DNA from: Lytechinus pictus | Lineage: Eukaryota | DNA length: 64,000 nt | Direction of reading: 5' to 3' | Assembly: GCF_037042905.1 (NCBI RefSeq) | Contig: NC_087245.1 | Coordinates: forward strand, 21,330,001-21,394,000 | In this document: positions 12,106 to 27,200 of the stretch, piece by piece | Numbering within the stretch: the first letter of the stretch is position 1 | How the letters are laid out: each line of letters opens with the position of its first letter | Notes under the pieces: generated by a model | Databases searched by the model: none | What the model saw: the letters and a program-made list of their open reading frames with translations, nothing else | What the model was told of the DNA's origin: nothing | Program-made: the position numbers and the translations under genes

Positions 12106-15100
12106 TGTAAAAGAAATCACTACATTCCGTCCATAATTTATTCATGAGAATCAAATGCTGTGCCGTACGTTATATACCTAGGATAATGATAAACTTGCCA
12201 TATCATGGTACTAATGTACACAACACTGTATCATTCAGCGTCAGTGTGTTTACATATTTATAATAGTATCAATGATATTGATATAATGTTAATAATAATA
12301 CATAGCATAGTTAATATAACAATGATACAGTATACTTTCAGTCCATCTCACCGAGTCAAAACTACATGTACTTGTCTTATAGAATATGTCGATTTTGTTA
12401 GCATACTTAACATCCGTTCAGCATGCTACTACATCTGTTTCTTGTCTTTTATCTACTGCTTCGTGATAACATGGTTAATAAATGACGTTACACTGGAAAC
12501 ACGTAGGAATGAACTCACAAAAGACGTGACACATCAACAATAAAGGGAGAGCTCTAACAGTCGACGTTCAAAATACTCGACCAAAATGAGCGCAGGACTT
12601 GCGCACACATTGTCATGTGGAATCGTAACGTGCAAAGAGAATACAAAAATTAATAACTAATGGTGCACTTTGACTATTTAAAAGCATACAAGTTTAATCA
12701 AAATTATAAATGACTTACATGACCATTTTGTAAATAACATGCTCTGTACCTTGAGTAATAAGAATATTGTCTATTTTACATTTCATGACTGCAAGAAATC
12801 ATCACCATGTATTCTTATTACCAATTAATTTTACATTTTCTTTTCATCCCCATATTAATAAGGTGCGATCAGTTAATGAAAAAAACCCTGTCAAGTATTC
12901 TGTTGATTTAATTTTGATTCATCAAAATAACATTATGTTTTGGTGAATCCATTTCATTCCAATCTTAAATGTTTCATTGAAAATTCACGTACATCATGTA
13001 CTTCTGTTCACAGATTGGTAATTAACTACAAAATAAAATAAATATGTATTCAGTCCATTTGAATTATGACCCGATGACTTACAGGGAATCATACTGGACT
13101 AAATGTTCTGTAATATTTAATTTTTAAGGGAGTTATGTTGCCTCTATACCTTTGCAATTCTTGTTGAATGTAAACTTCAGAAATTGAATTTACATGTAAT
13201 AGATTAGTTTTAGGAAGTTGCTTTATATATTGAAGCACGGGGGGGGGGGGGGGGGGGGGAGATACAAGAATATAGCTTTCAATTCCAGATTGATGGTGCC
13301 ACCAATATCTAATGAAAAAAAGAGCAAAGTTTACTTCCATTAATGGAGGGGGGGGGGGAAGGGGGTAGGAATACCAACAAAACAAGCCAAGAAAGGGGGT
13401 ATTGTACACAAATATGCCAAGTGGGTATTATCCGCTGTTTTAAAATGAAATTTTTGAAGACCGTGGTAACCCCAGCAAAATTCCAATCCAGGCACTGTTG
13501 GCTACTTTTTGGCCTTGTTTTGAAGAAAAAAATAAAATAAACAAAGAAAAACAAGAAACAAACATAAAACATAACAAAAACATCAAGTTACTTTTTGTTC
13601 TCACCTTAAAGAGTGAATTGATCACATAAATACTGATCAATGATTTTTTTCAAAGGAACTATTGCACCCTAAGCAAAGATATTGAGGTTCATGGCCCACT
13701 TGACTACTATTACTTGCCAGTTTATGAGTTAAGAATACACATCTTGGCAGTTTAATAGAATACATGTCACAGGATTAGGGTCGGGTTAGGGACAAGGGAA
13801 CAGTGTCATCATTCTACAACAAAAGTCAACAACTGGAGGAAAAACAATATTTCCCTTCAAATTTCTCCTGAAAAACTCACACACAGAACAAAAAATAATT
13901 GAAAAGAAAAAAAAATACCTTGCTGAAAACAATCCGTAATGGTATGGCTTGTAAAAGTCCGGTGTTTGGCAAAAAAAAAATGACACACTTCATTCTATAC
14001 CCCGAGTGGCTTCTCGGTGAAGTGACGTCCGCAAAGAGTCATATCGGAGAGGAACCCTCCCCACAAATTTAGCATTTGCACAATGTTATAACATACAATA
14101 GGGTGTCAAAGGCACAAGCTTTTAGCCGCAGTCTTCTCTTGAATAAAAAGGAAGATAATAACTACAAATAACTAATATGACTGACCCAGTTTTTGTAGCT
14201 TTGATGTCAAAACAGTAAATATAATCAAAATTAAATATTATAGACATTTATCTTATGTATTTAGAAAACAAATTTGCTCAATCATTTGATGTATACATAT
14301 GTATATACACATATATAGCTATATGAATATATATACATATATATAAACTCATACACAAATCAAGCATTAGCAACATCCAGTGTTGAAAGATAAATTGCAT
14401 CAAATTGTAAAAAGAATGAAAAAATACGAGCTATAATTTCTTCTCAAACAGATGCTTCCGGAGAGTGATATCATTCTGTTTTTCCCAAATTAGCAAAATA
14501 AAATGGCACTTAATAGACAGACAGGAATATTGGTGCACTTTTTTTCAGGGGAGGTAAAGGAAGGGAGACTCAAATTGTTTTTTTTTTTTAATACAAAAAT
14601 GTAAATGAGATGACACAGTCTTTTTTTTTCTGTGATATATTCAATATATACACATGCTGGAAGAATATGGCGTAGTGTGTATCTACCCCATTTTCTTAAT
14701 CTTATACAACAAGAACAGCGGAGATTAAAATCACACAGTATGAACGTGTGTTCGGTCATCTCTATCTATCGCAGCACAATACGTACATATAAAATACCTT
14801 CTTCAATCAGCTATGGTTGCCTTTGAGCAAAGTCTTAAATGAAATTCTACATTATTCAATATTTTTACGAGTAGAAATAGTTGTGTCAAAATACAACTTT
14901 TGGGAGCTTGCTTAAAAGAGACAGTGCCACATGTGTATACTAAGCCTATTCATATACAAGCACTACACTGAAATAATGACCAAAAAATCCCTTGATAGCA
15001 TTGATATATATCACACCCATGTCTATATAGTATACAATAACTACCTTCTTCACAAATGCATGTAAATATTTGTGCATTCGTAAATACCATAATCCACTTT

Positions 15101-18100
15101 TATATAATGTATTTACAGTAAAAAAAAAAAAGAAGCTTAAAAGTCCATTCGCCCATGCCTACACAAGTTCAGTACAACCGAGTATATACCATAGTCCACT
15201 TCTGTCAAAGTCAGGAATTGTATATCTTGTAAATTTAGAGGTATAACTGTCACTTTTTTGACAGACAATTAGCATGAGCAGTGTATACAATTGTACTTTT
15301 GAGTAAATATATGATACATATTAACAAACACATGCCTACAATATGTAGAAAGTGAGTGTTGGATATAGTTTATATTGATAATTGTACATTATGCTTTATC
15401 ACAAGAATACTAATCTACTACATCGTACACAGAACTACATTGGACTTTCTACTTAGATGGGCATTTGGTATTAGTCCACTCATATTCACCACCTTATCCT
15501 GATTTCTAGAATATATTATCAGTTTAATATATAATGTGAAATAGCGATATATGTTTCTGATTAAACACTTTCCAGTTTATTTGATGATAACGTATATTGA
15601 ATACAAACCGAATCATAATTTTCTTTCATATAGTTAATGTGATAAACAAATCTTTAAAAGTTTTAATGCATAGATTTATGAAAGCATTTTGTATTTCCTA
15701 TATATGCTTCTTAAGAGTACATGAAGAGCGGTACAATGGAACAGTTTCTGACCGACCATACTTTTTTTTTCTCTGATTAGACACTTTAGAAACTCGTAAA
15801 TATTGAAATGTTTGTCTCAAAAAATTGCACATGAACATTTTTCTTGAGCATGATGATATCACTGCTCAGTGGCAATAGTTGTAACATTGATTTAATCCAG
15901 CTAAAATGATCTTTATGGCCAGATTCAATGTTTCAATTAAGAAGAAGCCATTCAATATTTTTATTAGAATATGGATTGCCTACATATATCGTCTCTTCAT
16001 TCAAATGTCTGATAATATGAAAAATATGACGGGTAGTAGGTTGACTTTCTAAAAAAAAATTCTACCCTCCATATCATACTACCATATCGGGCAATATTCA
16101 ATCCCATTAAATGGCTTGGATCTCACTAACATTGATTACAGCTACCATTTTGTGAGACATTTCCCATTTCCTTCATCTCTTTTTTTTTGTATTTTGTAGC
16201 AGATTTCGTAGAAAAGTGTGACAAAATCCAACAAGCACTAGCTACCAGGAAAAAGAGTCTTGTCGTTAAAAGACCATCTTAGAGGCATTACATTCAATTA
16301 CAGAACAAATACATGAAAAGTGACAATTGTAATACATTTACTTCTCCAGTCAACGCAATCTAAATTCATAATTACCGTATACTTATATGTTTACATATGC
16401 ATGTAAATATAGCGAATATGAAGATATGAATATATAAACATATAGATATAAGTATATCCAATAGAGAACTATAATGAAGAGGCAACAACATTGTGGAGGT
16501 GCCGAATCTACATCATGTTAGATAATTTTTTAATAGATAGAAATTTTGTTGGTATTCAATTTACAGGTCTTGCACAGCAAGTTCAAACCAAGTCAAATTG
16601 CAAATTCTTCTGTGATCAGATATATCATAGTATATTTTGGATTGAGTACACTGACCAAGAGAAAGTCCACTCAAAACCACCACAAAGACCCATTAAGAGA
16701 TTTTAAATTTTACCATCAGTCGCAAGAGATTGTCGCTATTTTTAAGAAACAAAATCAATAGTGACAATGTATCTTTTTTCTTTTAACCAGTCAATAGAAT
16801 GTGTATGAAAATTATGGACTTGATCCCCCTTTTTTAGATTTTCATTTATAATTTTCCTATTTTTTTGTGCGGACAAGGTTGGCATTGGCAAGTATATCAG
16901 ATTTTTCTCCATTAACATTTGAAGTTCATCATGATCCTTTAACTAGAAACATTTTCATTTCAAAACTGTTTAACTTTTTTATAATGTGTAATTGTATGAA
17001 ACCAGGAGGTAATATCGATAAAGTATAAACCAAAGAGTTACATGAAGTAAAATATGAAATAATATAATATGTTATTAATGTGTATGTATAATAAGAGAAA
17101 GGAATATTATTATGACTATATGAAATTAATAAGAATGAAAACCAAATAAATAGGTAGTTATAAACGAATGAAGGAATTAATAAATCAATCAATAAATAAA
17201 CAAATAGTGGGGAAAAGGAGTGAATAAAAAAAATCTTTGTTCTACAATAAAACGGGCTATGACTTTGTGACATCCGAAATCAGGATTCCAATTGTATGTT
17301 GCATTTTAAAAGGCATTGTAGTGGGGATCAGGTTCACGGTGGCCCAAGGAATGACCATACAAATGCTCAATTCATCAAAGATATTCATTCATGTATGACC
17401 ATATTTTGGGGCCCCTGCAAACTGATTCTCATCAAATTTTGGATTTCATCATGCTCCACCGAGACATGGTATACAAAAATGCTGATAAGCAAAAGGAAAG
17501 TATTTTGAGACATCATCATTTCAGTACTTCACCCTTCCTCACAATTTAGTTTTTTTTAATTAATTTGGGACAGACCAGATCAAAACCCACACCCATTCAG
17601 ATGAGATTAAGTTGAGTTTGAAAGAACAAATCCTAGAGCTCTGATCACCTGTAAAGTGGTAGAAGTCTTGCAATCTGGAACCCGGGGTTCTAAACCAAGT
17701 TGGTTGTTAAGGTATTAATCCTCATTACCTGGTCTCTCTAAGGACCTTAACCACTGGACTTGTGGTATGTAGCTTATGAACCAGGGTTAATACTTTTTCG
17801 CAATTGGTGGAATTATCATAAAATTTTGGAAAGAGAATTACAAAATATGGAGAAAAAAAGGGTTTGAAAATGTTGGTTCACAAGCATCAAGCATTTATTC
17901 TTCACATGATCTCTTAAAACTCAGCAGTTTGGGAAGAAATGGCCTTTAAGAATGCTTTCATAAATTTTTCATTTGATCTAAAGACTTCATATTTTAGCAA
18001 AATGGTAGAGGAAGATTCACTCTTTCAGAGAGGCACATTCTATGAAGTTTCAATATGCAGCTCAAATGACTGATTTGGTACGGTATATGCCTTCCAATGA

Positions 18101-20391
18101 GGTTTTTCACTGAATGGACACATTTTTTAAATCAATTTTGAAAATGGTTCAATAAACTACTCATGGGATAAGTCTATGTGCAGAGATAAGTCAGTGGGGC
18201 AGAGATTTTTAATCCTGTTAAGTAATTTAAAGTTACCAATGCATGATCCATGGTACTGTCATGATTATAGTATGCCTCTTTTTGTGATGGAATGAATTAC
18301 AAAACTTTGAGAATACAATATTTTCAAAATTGTCCTCCTTACCCCCTTCCATTGTTAATGATTTAATAAACTCTTAATCGCTTTGCATTATTAGAGTCTT
18401 AAAATGGAAAGTAAATTGGTTCTTCAGACTGGCTGGGTAAAAACTTTGCATAACCTACAAAATATGGGTCATGAGATGATGTGGTGAAACTTATCTCTTG
18501 ATCTTTAATTATGTCATTTAGTCCTCCATTGGATAATAATATTATACTGTTCAGAAGTTGAAGAGAGACTCAATCTCATAGAGCTATTTCAAACAGGTTA
18601 TCCATCTGAATAGCAAAAGGCCTCACTTTGGAGGCAAGCATTCAAAACATCTAAACCATCTCTCTAATAGTTTGTCTTTTACTGTTTAGTTAATCACCCA
18701 AACCATTGATAAAACTGATATATTTCACTAGCGATGATATAATAAATGTTATATGTATATATATTTATATATATGATTCTTGTCTCTACTATGCACACAC
18801 TGTTTTAACGATAAAATTGTAATTTTTATCATGCAAAGATACACCAATCCTGGACCTCTTATCTCAACCATATTATGAATGTTTTAGAACACTGTCGTAG
18901 GTATGGAAGAATCTTGTGCTTTCTACTAAACGACCATGGCACAAACATGTATAATATTATAAACATGTACAATTCTTCTGTGTTTATGAATGTTTCGCAG
19001 GAAAATATTTGAAGACAGATAGGGCAGAAATACATGACAACCACAAAAAAGAAACAGGATACAAAAAGGATAAGAATTGATCAATGGGAACAGACAGAAA
19101 TCAGACCAAAAAAAAATTAAATTCAAGAAGTGGAAAATAGTTACAAAACACACACAAGTGTGATTTTATACGGTGAAATCGTAGGGGAAAAACGACAAAG
19201 ATTTGTTCTACATTTTTGAGATACAAGCTCAAGCAAAACAAATTTGTTTCTATAGCATGCATTTCTCACACATCTATACAAAAGTTACAAAGCTTGCGGA
19301 CCAACCGTGGAAAAAAATGGAATTGATACAGACTGGTCATGTGACCACTGTGTACTGATCATGTGATCACCGCATCATAAATCATGTGATACAAAGAACC
19401 CTGCCTGCAGAGGTTAATTATAACACCCACAGGATGGTCTGTCAAATCTCAACCAATCGTCAAATATTTTGACGATGTGGTGGTTCAAAACCCCTTCTCC
19501 AAATACATTCACTTCCTTCTAATTCAGTGAATTACAATTCTGTCGTTTACTCCTTTTTTTTCTGTGTATACTACACATAGCCACTGTGTGCTGACTTATC
19601 TTCATGATATTCAAAACACTTTCAAAGTATTGTTAGTTTGTCAAACACTACCTAACATGAGCTCTGTCCAAGTAGTCAAGTCATGATATATGTCTAAATG
19701 TCAGAAGTATAGAAATTTGATCACCCCAAAAATATGCTGAATAAATCTTTAAAAACTTGGAAACAACAAAATGATAGAGAAAAGAGAGAATGAGAGAGAT
19801 AGATCACAAACTTCCCATTTCACCAGAACTTCTTTAGAATTCTATTGAGGTGAATCATCTTCTTTTCAAAAATCCATCAAAAGTTTGACACCGTTGGTTA
19901 GTAAATAGATGTCATTTGGTTGCAGTGGTCACTTGGATAATAAACCGATCTCTTTCCTAACTCTTATCAAGTGGTTCTCAAATGACCACTGGTTGATACT
20001 GTCAAGACCCAACACCAAGCTGCTGCCACCAAAAATGCTTTCTTTAGCAATTCAATGCGCTACCTCTCTCGATCACGCGATACCATATGCAGAATGCTCT
20101 GATTCAAAAGATCTGAAGTTATAGAGAAGCGTAAAAAAAAAACTATCAGAAATCAGGCAACTCCAACATACACAGCCATTTTTTTCATAGAAAAAAGTAG
20201 TAGAAAGAAGGCTGGACTACTACAACTGCTGCAGGAACTGTGTTGAGAGTACAACTTGGCTGGAACACATAAATTCAATGCTCGCAGTACGAGATATCAA
20301 CTCCACGTGGAGTTAGGTTGCTCTACTGGCATTGATGAAACTTCCAAAATAAAATGAGACCACCGTGATAGGCGGAAGCAGGAGGTCAGCG

Positions 20392-21234
20392 TCAGGGACG
20401 CCCCATGCGCTGGCGAGGACCCGGTGAGGCATCGCGCCGTACCCTTTCTCTAGAGTCCTGGTACCGTTGATGGTACTGCTCAGGGTATGTTGGACCCTCG
20501 CGACCTCGTCTGCCAAACATCTCCTCCATCTCGATCTCGTGCTCCCGACTGTGTCCACCGCGAGAGCTGGACCCCCTCTCCGGCGGATACCGCCCACGCT
20601 CGCTGACCTGACCTGACCTATCATCATAGCGATCACGTTCTCTGTCTGCATAGCGATTTCTCTGTTCTTGTCTACTCGGGTATTCACTCTCGTACCTGAC
20701 CGCATCTCTTTCGGTATAATGCCTATCCCGGGGTCCTCTATCATGAGGACCTCGTTCGACATCACGAGTCCTGTCTCCCTTCACATGTTTCCTTCCTCCA
20801 TGGGAATCATAGTCTCTATCCTTGTCACGATCCCTCCGATCATTATCAAAATATCCTCTACCGTCTGTGGGCGAGACGGGCCTCTGGTTATAGCGAGCGT
20901 CCCTGTCATCCCTTATGTAATCGCTTGGATGCTCACGGGAATCACTGCGGTATCCGCTCTCGTAAGGCTCGTTGGGGTCGCTTCCGTCGTTCTCGTCCTT
21001 GCCCCGTTTATGATGGTGGTAGTCCGCTTTCTTGTCCTGCTTCTCTGAATGACTGCGGTGCGAGCCTACCCGCTGTAGAATGTTATGCATTGGTGAGTTG
21101 TGTTGGGGGCCTGCCTTGGCGGGGACCTCTACCTCTGGCCCATGGGTGGCCCGCCAGTATGCTTCTAGGTATTCAGCCATGTGCTCACAAGCATCTTCTA
21201 ATTGATTCTCATCCAATATCACATCAAAGAGGTC
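20392..21234 (-). CDS. CACNB: CACNB last coding exon (GK end plus long charged C-terminal tail)
   Basis: [31 protein letters not shown] followed by ~250 aa rich in R/D/E/Y/H; stop at 20392-20394; matches ORF 20392..21252. Confidence 0.94.
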   Translation of the reverse strand, partial: DLFDVILDENQLEDACEHMAEYLEAYWRATHGPEVEVPAKAGPQHNSPMHNILQRVGSHRSHSEKQDKKADYHHHKRGKDENDGSDPNEPYESGYRSDSREHPSDYIRDDRDARYNQRPVSPTDGRGYFDNDRRDRDKDRDYDSHGGRKHVKGDRTRDVERGPHDRGPRDRHYTERDAVRYESEYPSRQEQRNRYADRERDRYDDRSGQVSERGRYPPERGSSSRGGHSREHEIEMEEMFGRRGREGPTYPEQYHQRYQDSRERVRRDASPGPRQRMGRP

Positions 21235-24200
21235 CTTCAACAAAAACAACAAATACAGGATGTGAGATATCGGGTCAATGAAACCAATTCAATCAAAGAT
21301 TCATCAATAAAAGAGATTCATGTCATTTGTTAAAATTTAAAAAAAAAAAAAAAATCATAATTAAGAAAAGTAGGTCCTAAACTGGTGGGATTTTACATCA
21401 ATTGCTGTAGGCTTCAATAACCATCTGAAAAAGCCTTCACCGCAATGTCGATGCAATATCGTGGGAGAAATTATACCCAACTTTCTTAATAATGTAGAAA
21501 AGAAAGATCTTGAGATGTTCATTGATTTTTTCAAATCATTATTGAAGAACTTTAACTTCATATTCATTACAACCAATGTGCTTCAAATATGGGAAATCCT
21601 ATCATCATTTAGACCATTGAAAGTAATTGTTTCTTTTTTCTTCAATATATCCTGCATGAATGGACTTAATTTCATAACACTTTATTCAAAATGACAAAAT
21701 ATATAATGAGGAATATAAAATTAATGACACATGTTATAAAATAAAACATGAATAACTGTTTCTTTAATAATTAATTTGTAGTGATTTTCTTTCGCCTATG
21801 TACAATATCCAAATAGGAATAAATTTCAACAATTTTTTGCATTTTTCTTTTCTTCTAACCTGAAATCAAAACAGGGATTTTAATGGGAAAGAATACTTCA
21901 ACCTCACATTCATGAAAAGGATACTGAATCTCAAAATCTTCACAAGAATAAAGACTAGAAATACTTACAGGAGGGCACTGAGCTAGTTTGTCGGATGCTA
22001 CTAGCTGTACATTCATGTTTCTACTCTGAGATTTTGAGCGGGATTTTATTAGCCGTTGTAGTACCTGAAATATAAAAAACCAGACACATACATAATATTT
22101 ATAGGCCTATATAGCATTTATAATGCTCCATTTATCTAGCTGCTTACTCAAAAGAGCAAATTACTTGGCTTTAGCTCCAGCTACTGCTTTCCAGCAATCA
22201 GTGCTTTCAAGGAATATATTCCACCATTCATAATCAGAAGTTTGGAATTTACTTGTCCCCTTGCAATGAAAAAAAAAATATGTATGACCTCTACAACAAT
22301 ATTCTGATACCCCATGTCCCATAGACATTGTACACAATAATATTGTCAAGTTTTGTTGCTGAATTTTGTTCCTGGGCTCTGCTGTGCCATGAATGAATGA
22401 GTGTTAATATTGGCTACAATCTCATACTTATATCCAACAATTTTTATCCCAACAGGAAAAACACTAGCAAAAAAAGTGATAATGGAAAAAAAGTTCATTT
22501 TTTTTGTATTAAAGATATTACATATCTCTTGTTTTTATTAAAACTTGCAAATCATGCCAAATATCCTGATTAACCCCCCCCCCCTAAATTTGAATAATTA
22601 CTGTTATGAATAGACTATAGGCAGCCTGAAAAATTCAATGTTTCACACTATAACAACACTTGCACATTTTAGGCATGGCAAATGTGCATGAATTCAGTTC
22701 ATTCTGAATCGACTAAAATCATATTCAACGTTTGTATTTAAGTTATGTGATTGCTGCTGCTCATGGAAACTAATAATTGATCAAATTTCAATTTTTAAAG
22801 AATAATCAACATCTACATAAAACTAAGCAAAACAGATAATACTTCTGAAACTCTCAGCTTATGATACCACCTGCTACAGTGAAAGGATATAATTTCACAT
22901 AATTGCATACTGAATCAATCTTCTGATTCACAGTCAATGAACTTATAATCTAAATGAGCTCATGTGTTTCATTTGATACGATCTCATTGACCTTTGAAGA
23001 CAGACAGCAATTAAGCTCAGTACAACAATACACTTGAAGCCCAGGCTAACATCCTCATTTTGAAGTACAATGAATATTAAATCAATCAAGGGCTAAAAGG
23101 GCAATAATCTTTCAGGTCAATATTCAGTTTTTATTCAATCACATTTTAATCTTTGAATTGACAATAAGATTGATAGCTTTAACAGTGCATCATTAAAAGA
23201 TTACAATATCTCAAGGAACGTTTTATTCTGTTTTCTAATCCTGCTTTGTTGTTTATCAATTCAGGGTGTAAAAACTGATTTTCCTTCATGGTGCTATAAA
23301 ATGCAAGCTATTAAGCACCTACATGTAACAAATAGAAAGATCAACTTGTATATATTTTTTTCAGAGTTCTTGATCAAGAGTGAAGATAAAATCGGGAAGT
23401 ACTTATGTCAATTTGCACTTAATTTATTTTCCTTACACTTATTTTGCATTATATGTAAATTTCTGTAATTAAAATATGTAAGTTCAATTGTGAATTTATT
23501 TAAAAAATCATAACAAATTAAAGCAAGAGGTAGCGTATCCCCCTCCATAATAATTCATAATGAATCAAATCAGCTCAATTGACATGTGCATGTCTCTTGT
23601 TTTATGTCTGTTTCTGTTTATTACCGTACTGTATTCATTTTATGTTATCCTATGTCATATTGGTTTAGAAGAGGTAACCTGCGCTTATTGTTATGATGGT
23701 TTCCCTTTTAAATAATAAATTATGAAAAAAAAGGTTTTGTCATAAATATGTACCTTTGGAGAAGAGATTTTGACATAGACAATGATAGGGGCAAGAGACG
23801 TCTTAGCAAGTTGACTAGGGTGATTGATGGTGTCGCAATCCAGGATGACAAGCTGCATGCTACGCGCTAACTCAAATATTCTATCTATCTCCGCCTGCAC
23901 TTCAGCTGGAAAAACAAAATAGAAAGAAAAGAATTGAGAAATGGATGACAAAAATGTGAAGAAAATGATTCTGAATGTCATAAATTAAAACATACCTATC
24001 ATGTATTGTATTAGAGATGGATTAAATTTCTGAATATATCAGGAAAAGCAAAATAATTTCTATTTCCTAATTGTAATGCAGTAAATGGTTGACATAAATT
24101 AAAACAAATGTACGATGGTGTATGAAAAGCAGCAATATGCTAATGAAACACCTGCGGCTTATTCCTCATTAAAACTCTCCCACTTTTTTTTCTCCAAAAT

Positions 24201-27200
24201 TAGAACAAAAATGGTTTCCTAATTAATTTCTCTCATCAACACACTGTAATTAATTACAATCAACTGAGCGCCTTTGAGCTAATCCACAAATTGTATACTC
24301 TAGCAATCAAAGCATTCATAATGCAATCCACATGCCATTTAATATAAGCAGCTCTCTATGGAATGGTACTGACATAGGACAATATTACTGAGGGGGAGGA
24401 TCCCTAAATTTTGGATAATATATTACCATTTTAATAATGAGTGAGTTGTGCTTATAGGAAGTTAATTAAATATATTCCAGTATACCATGACACATATGCA
24501 TGGAAATATTAGATTCACAATATAAACAATATGTAAACATGTATACTAAAATATTCCTATATTAAATGGCATATATTTCAAACAGAGTGACCTACATATA
24601 GGTTGAACTGGAAAATTCCACATGTGCCTCCTTTCTTCCATGGACTTTAATATCGCATACATGTACACAGCTTTGGATCTTGATTATACATGTAGTATTA
24701 CACATGCATATCATAGAAAAGCTGACATAATTAATAATCATACATACCGGTACATGTATGCTTAAGGGGCTGGTGAACGGCAACCATAAACATGTAATTA
24801 CTAGATTCAACATGTTGTTTTAATGCAGAAAAGCTTGAATTTTTCACTCTCTTTTGCAAATCACATGATATTCAATCTTATCATATTGAAATAAGTAAAA
24901 AAACAGCATGGCAATTGGTGATATATGTTTGTATCTGTTTCCCAGGCAAATAATTAACAATAATATAAAAGGTAGGAGTTCTCACACAAAAATCCCCTGG
25001 ACATCAAATAAAAATCGAATGAATAGGAACCCTTTTTTCCAAATGTTAAATTACAACTTAACCATTACATAACCGATTTGAAATGGCCTTTTTTCTGACT
25101 ATCTCCACTCCAATATGCAGATATAGAATATATACTGTACATGTATCTTGGAAAATTGAATGAATATGTGCCATCATTTTCAAAATAAAATTACAAAGAT
25201 AAGCTTTCATTATTTTTATTGCTATTCACCAATGTTCTTTTGCATCCCATTCTGAAATGTAAATACATCTTCTTTCGACCTCAAAGAGGACCTCCTATCA
25301 CACTCAACCAGCCAAATATCTCTCTTTTAACAGTATATCAAATTTGACTAATTGGACCTGCTATGGCATTGTGCATTGGTATCCCTCACTGGTTATGGCC
25401 TTGCGTTATTCATTTTACAATTAGAAATAAGAGCCCGTGAAATCAAGAGGCCGTTAAGCGATAATGGAAATAAAATGACGCTCCAAATAGGTGGCGAGTG
25501 AAGGGCATCTTTTCCGTTTATTTTATTTGAAATTGTTAAGAGGGAAAAGGAAAGACACAGGGAGGGGTATCTCTGTTAATTTTGATATGCATTGGGTATG
25601 ATGCCATTTTTTTCTACCCGACTAGCGTTCCCTCATTTATTCATTACATTTTCACACGTTATTCACTCTCCCTGGCAGCACTCAATAAATACTCAACAAA
25701 ATGCATGAACTGTGAAGATCAACCCTGGCATGTACTATGCATACACCTCAATATTTCCCCCAACCGTTTGTCTATCTACTTCCAAAGACATCATAAATCA
25801 TTTTGTACATAATAAATATCAAATTGAAGTGGTATATTTTGAATGCCTTCCTACATAATCATTTGCTTACAGCATGATAACTTTTTGGTTCCGCCCCCAC
25901 TCTAGGGTAGGACCTCATTTTCATTTCTTTTACTTTTCATCTTGACATTTCCTCTAAAAGGGGTCGTTATTCTCTGTCTTTCTTTGAACTACTGATAATT
26001 CTAGTGGGGGCAACACAATCTTGAATATCATCAAAAAATGGCCAAGCTATGATAAATTATTGTTTTCATGCCTTGGTGCACCAATTTGCTTTTCACTGGT
26101 GTTAACCTCCATTGTGACATCATCATGGAAGCAGGAGAAAAGCTGGCACTTTTTTTTCTCTCAAAGGCCTTACCTATACTGGATGAGCGACTATTAGACC
26201 GTTCAATGATCTGCCGACTTTTAGGATTGTTGAGAACTGACCGCTTGGCAAGGGCAATGTCTGCTGTCACACGTGTGATGCAAATCCTTGATGATCAAAG
26301 AAATACAAAAAACAATACATATAAAATAAACAAAATAACATGTGATCAGAGTTCATATGCAACTTTGTCAAATTTCCCTGACCGCTGATGACATTCCATG
26401 ACCTATGCAAAGACTTTCTATGCACCTGTGGTTATCATAATAAAGTTTATCACATAACATAAGACGAAATAATGCTTCAAAAACTGTTCATTGATAGATT
26501 ACATCACACACTGATTACATCATATGGCTAGGTAGTACTCAATGCATATTTTTTATGTGTAACACTGTAATCACACTGACAAAACTAATTCAAAACCAAC
26601 TGATCATATATCATTGAAAATAACATACCAGGTATAAGCTTTTGTCTATCTAAAGTCAGTTTTGCTGGTACGAATGAAGCATCCATGCCTGTTTCATTCC
26701 CTAAATACAAAGCAGGTAGTATGGTATTTCATTTCAGCTATCATATTATCATTTCATGATTTTATTATTTTATCATTGAAGTATTGACAAGGGGCCTGTA
26801 TGTTGCACAAAACTTTTGCCATAATAAAAGAACTCTGGCAAACAAAATTACGCCATTGAGTTTTTCTTTTATACAACAGACCCCAGGAGGTAAGGTGCGT
26901 AGAAAGGGGACATAACTTACCTTCCTTCAAACTTTCTTTTCAAGTAATCAAAGAGTGCTTTCTGCATCATATCAGTGACCTCATAACCCTTGAGGGAGGG
27001 GCCGACCAGTACAACAGGTCGCATTGATGGCACCACATCATATGGAGGAACATTTTCCGTCTGAAAGAAATACCATAGATAAATGTTATAGGATGACGAA
27101 GTGAATTCTAATGAAATAATGCGCTAAAAACAATAATATATATCGCAATGAAAATTATAAATAATCTTTTAACAAAAGTCTGATAAAAATCATAGTGGAC

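Noticed and set aside
20313..21281. Overlapping ORFs 20313..20765(-), 20668..21048(+) and 20925..21281(+)
   Set aside because: Shadow frames of the GC-rich CACNB last exon.
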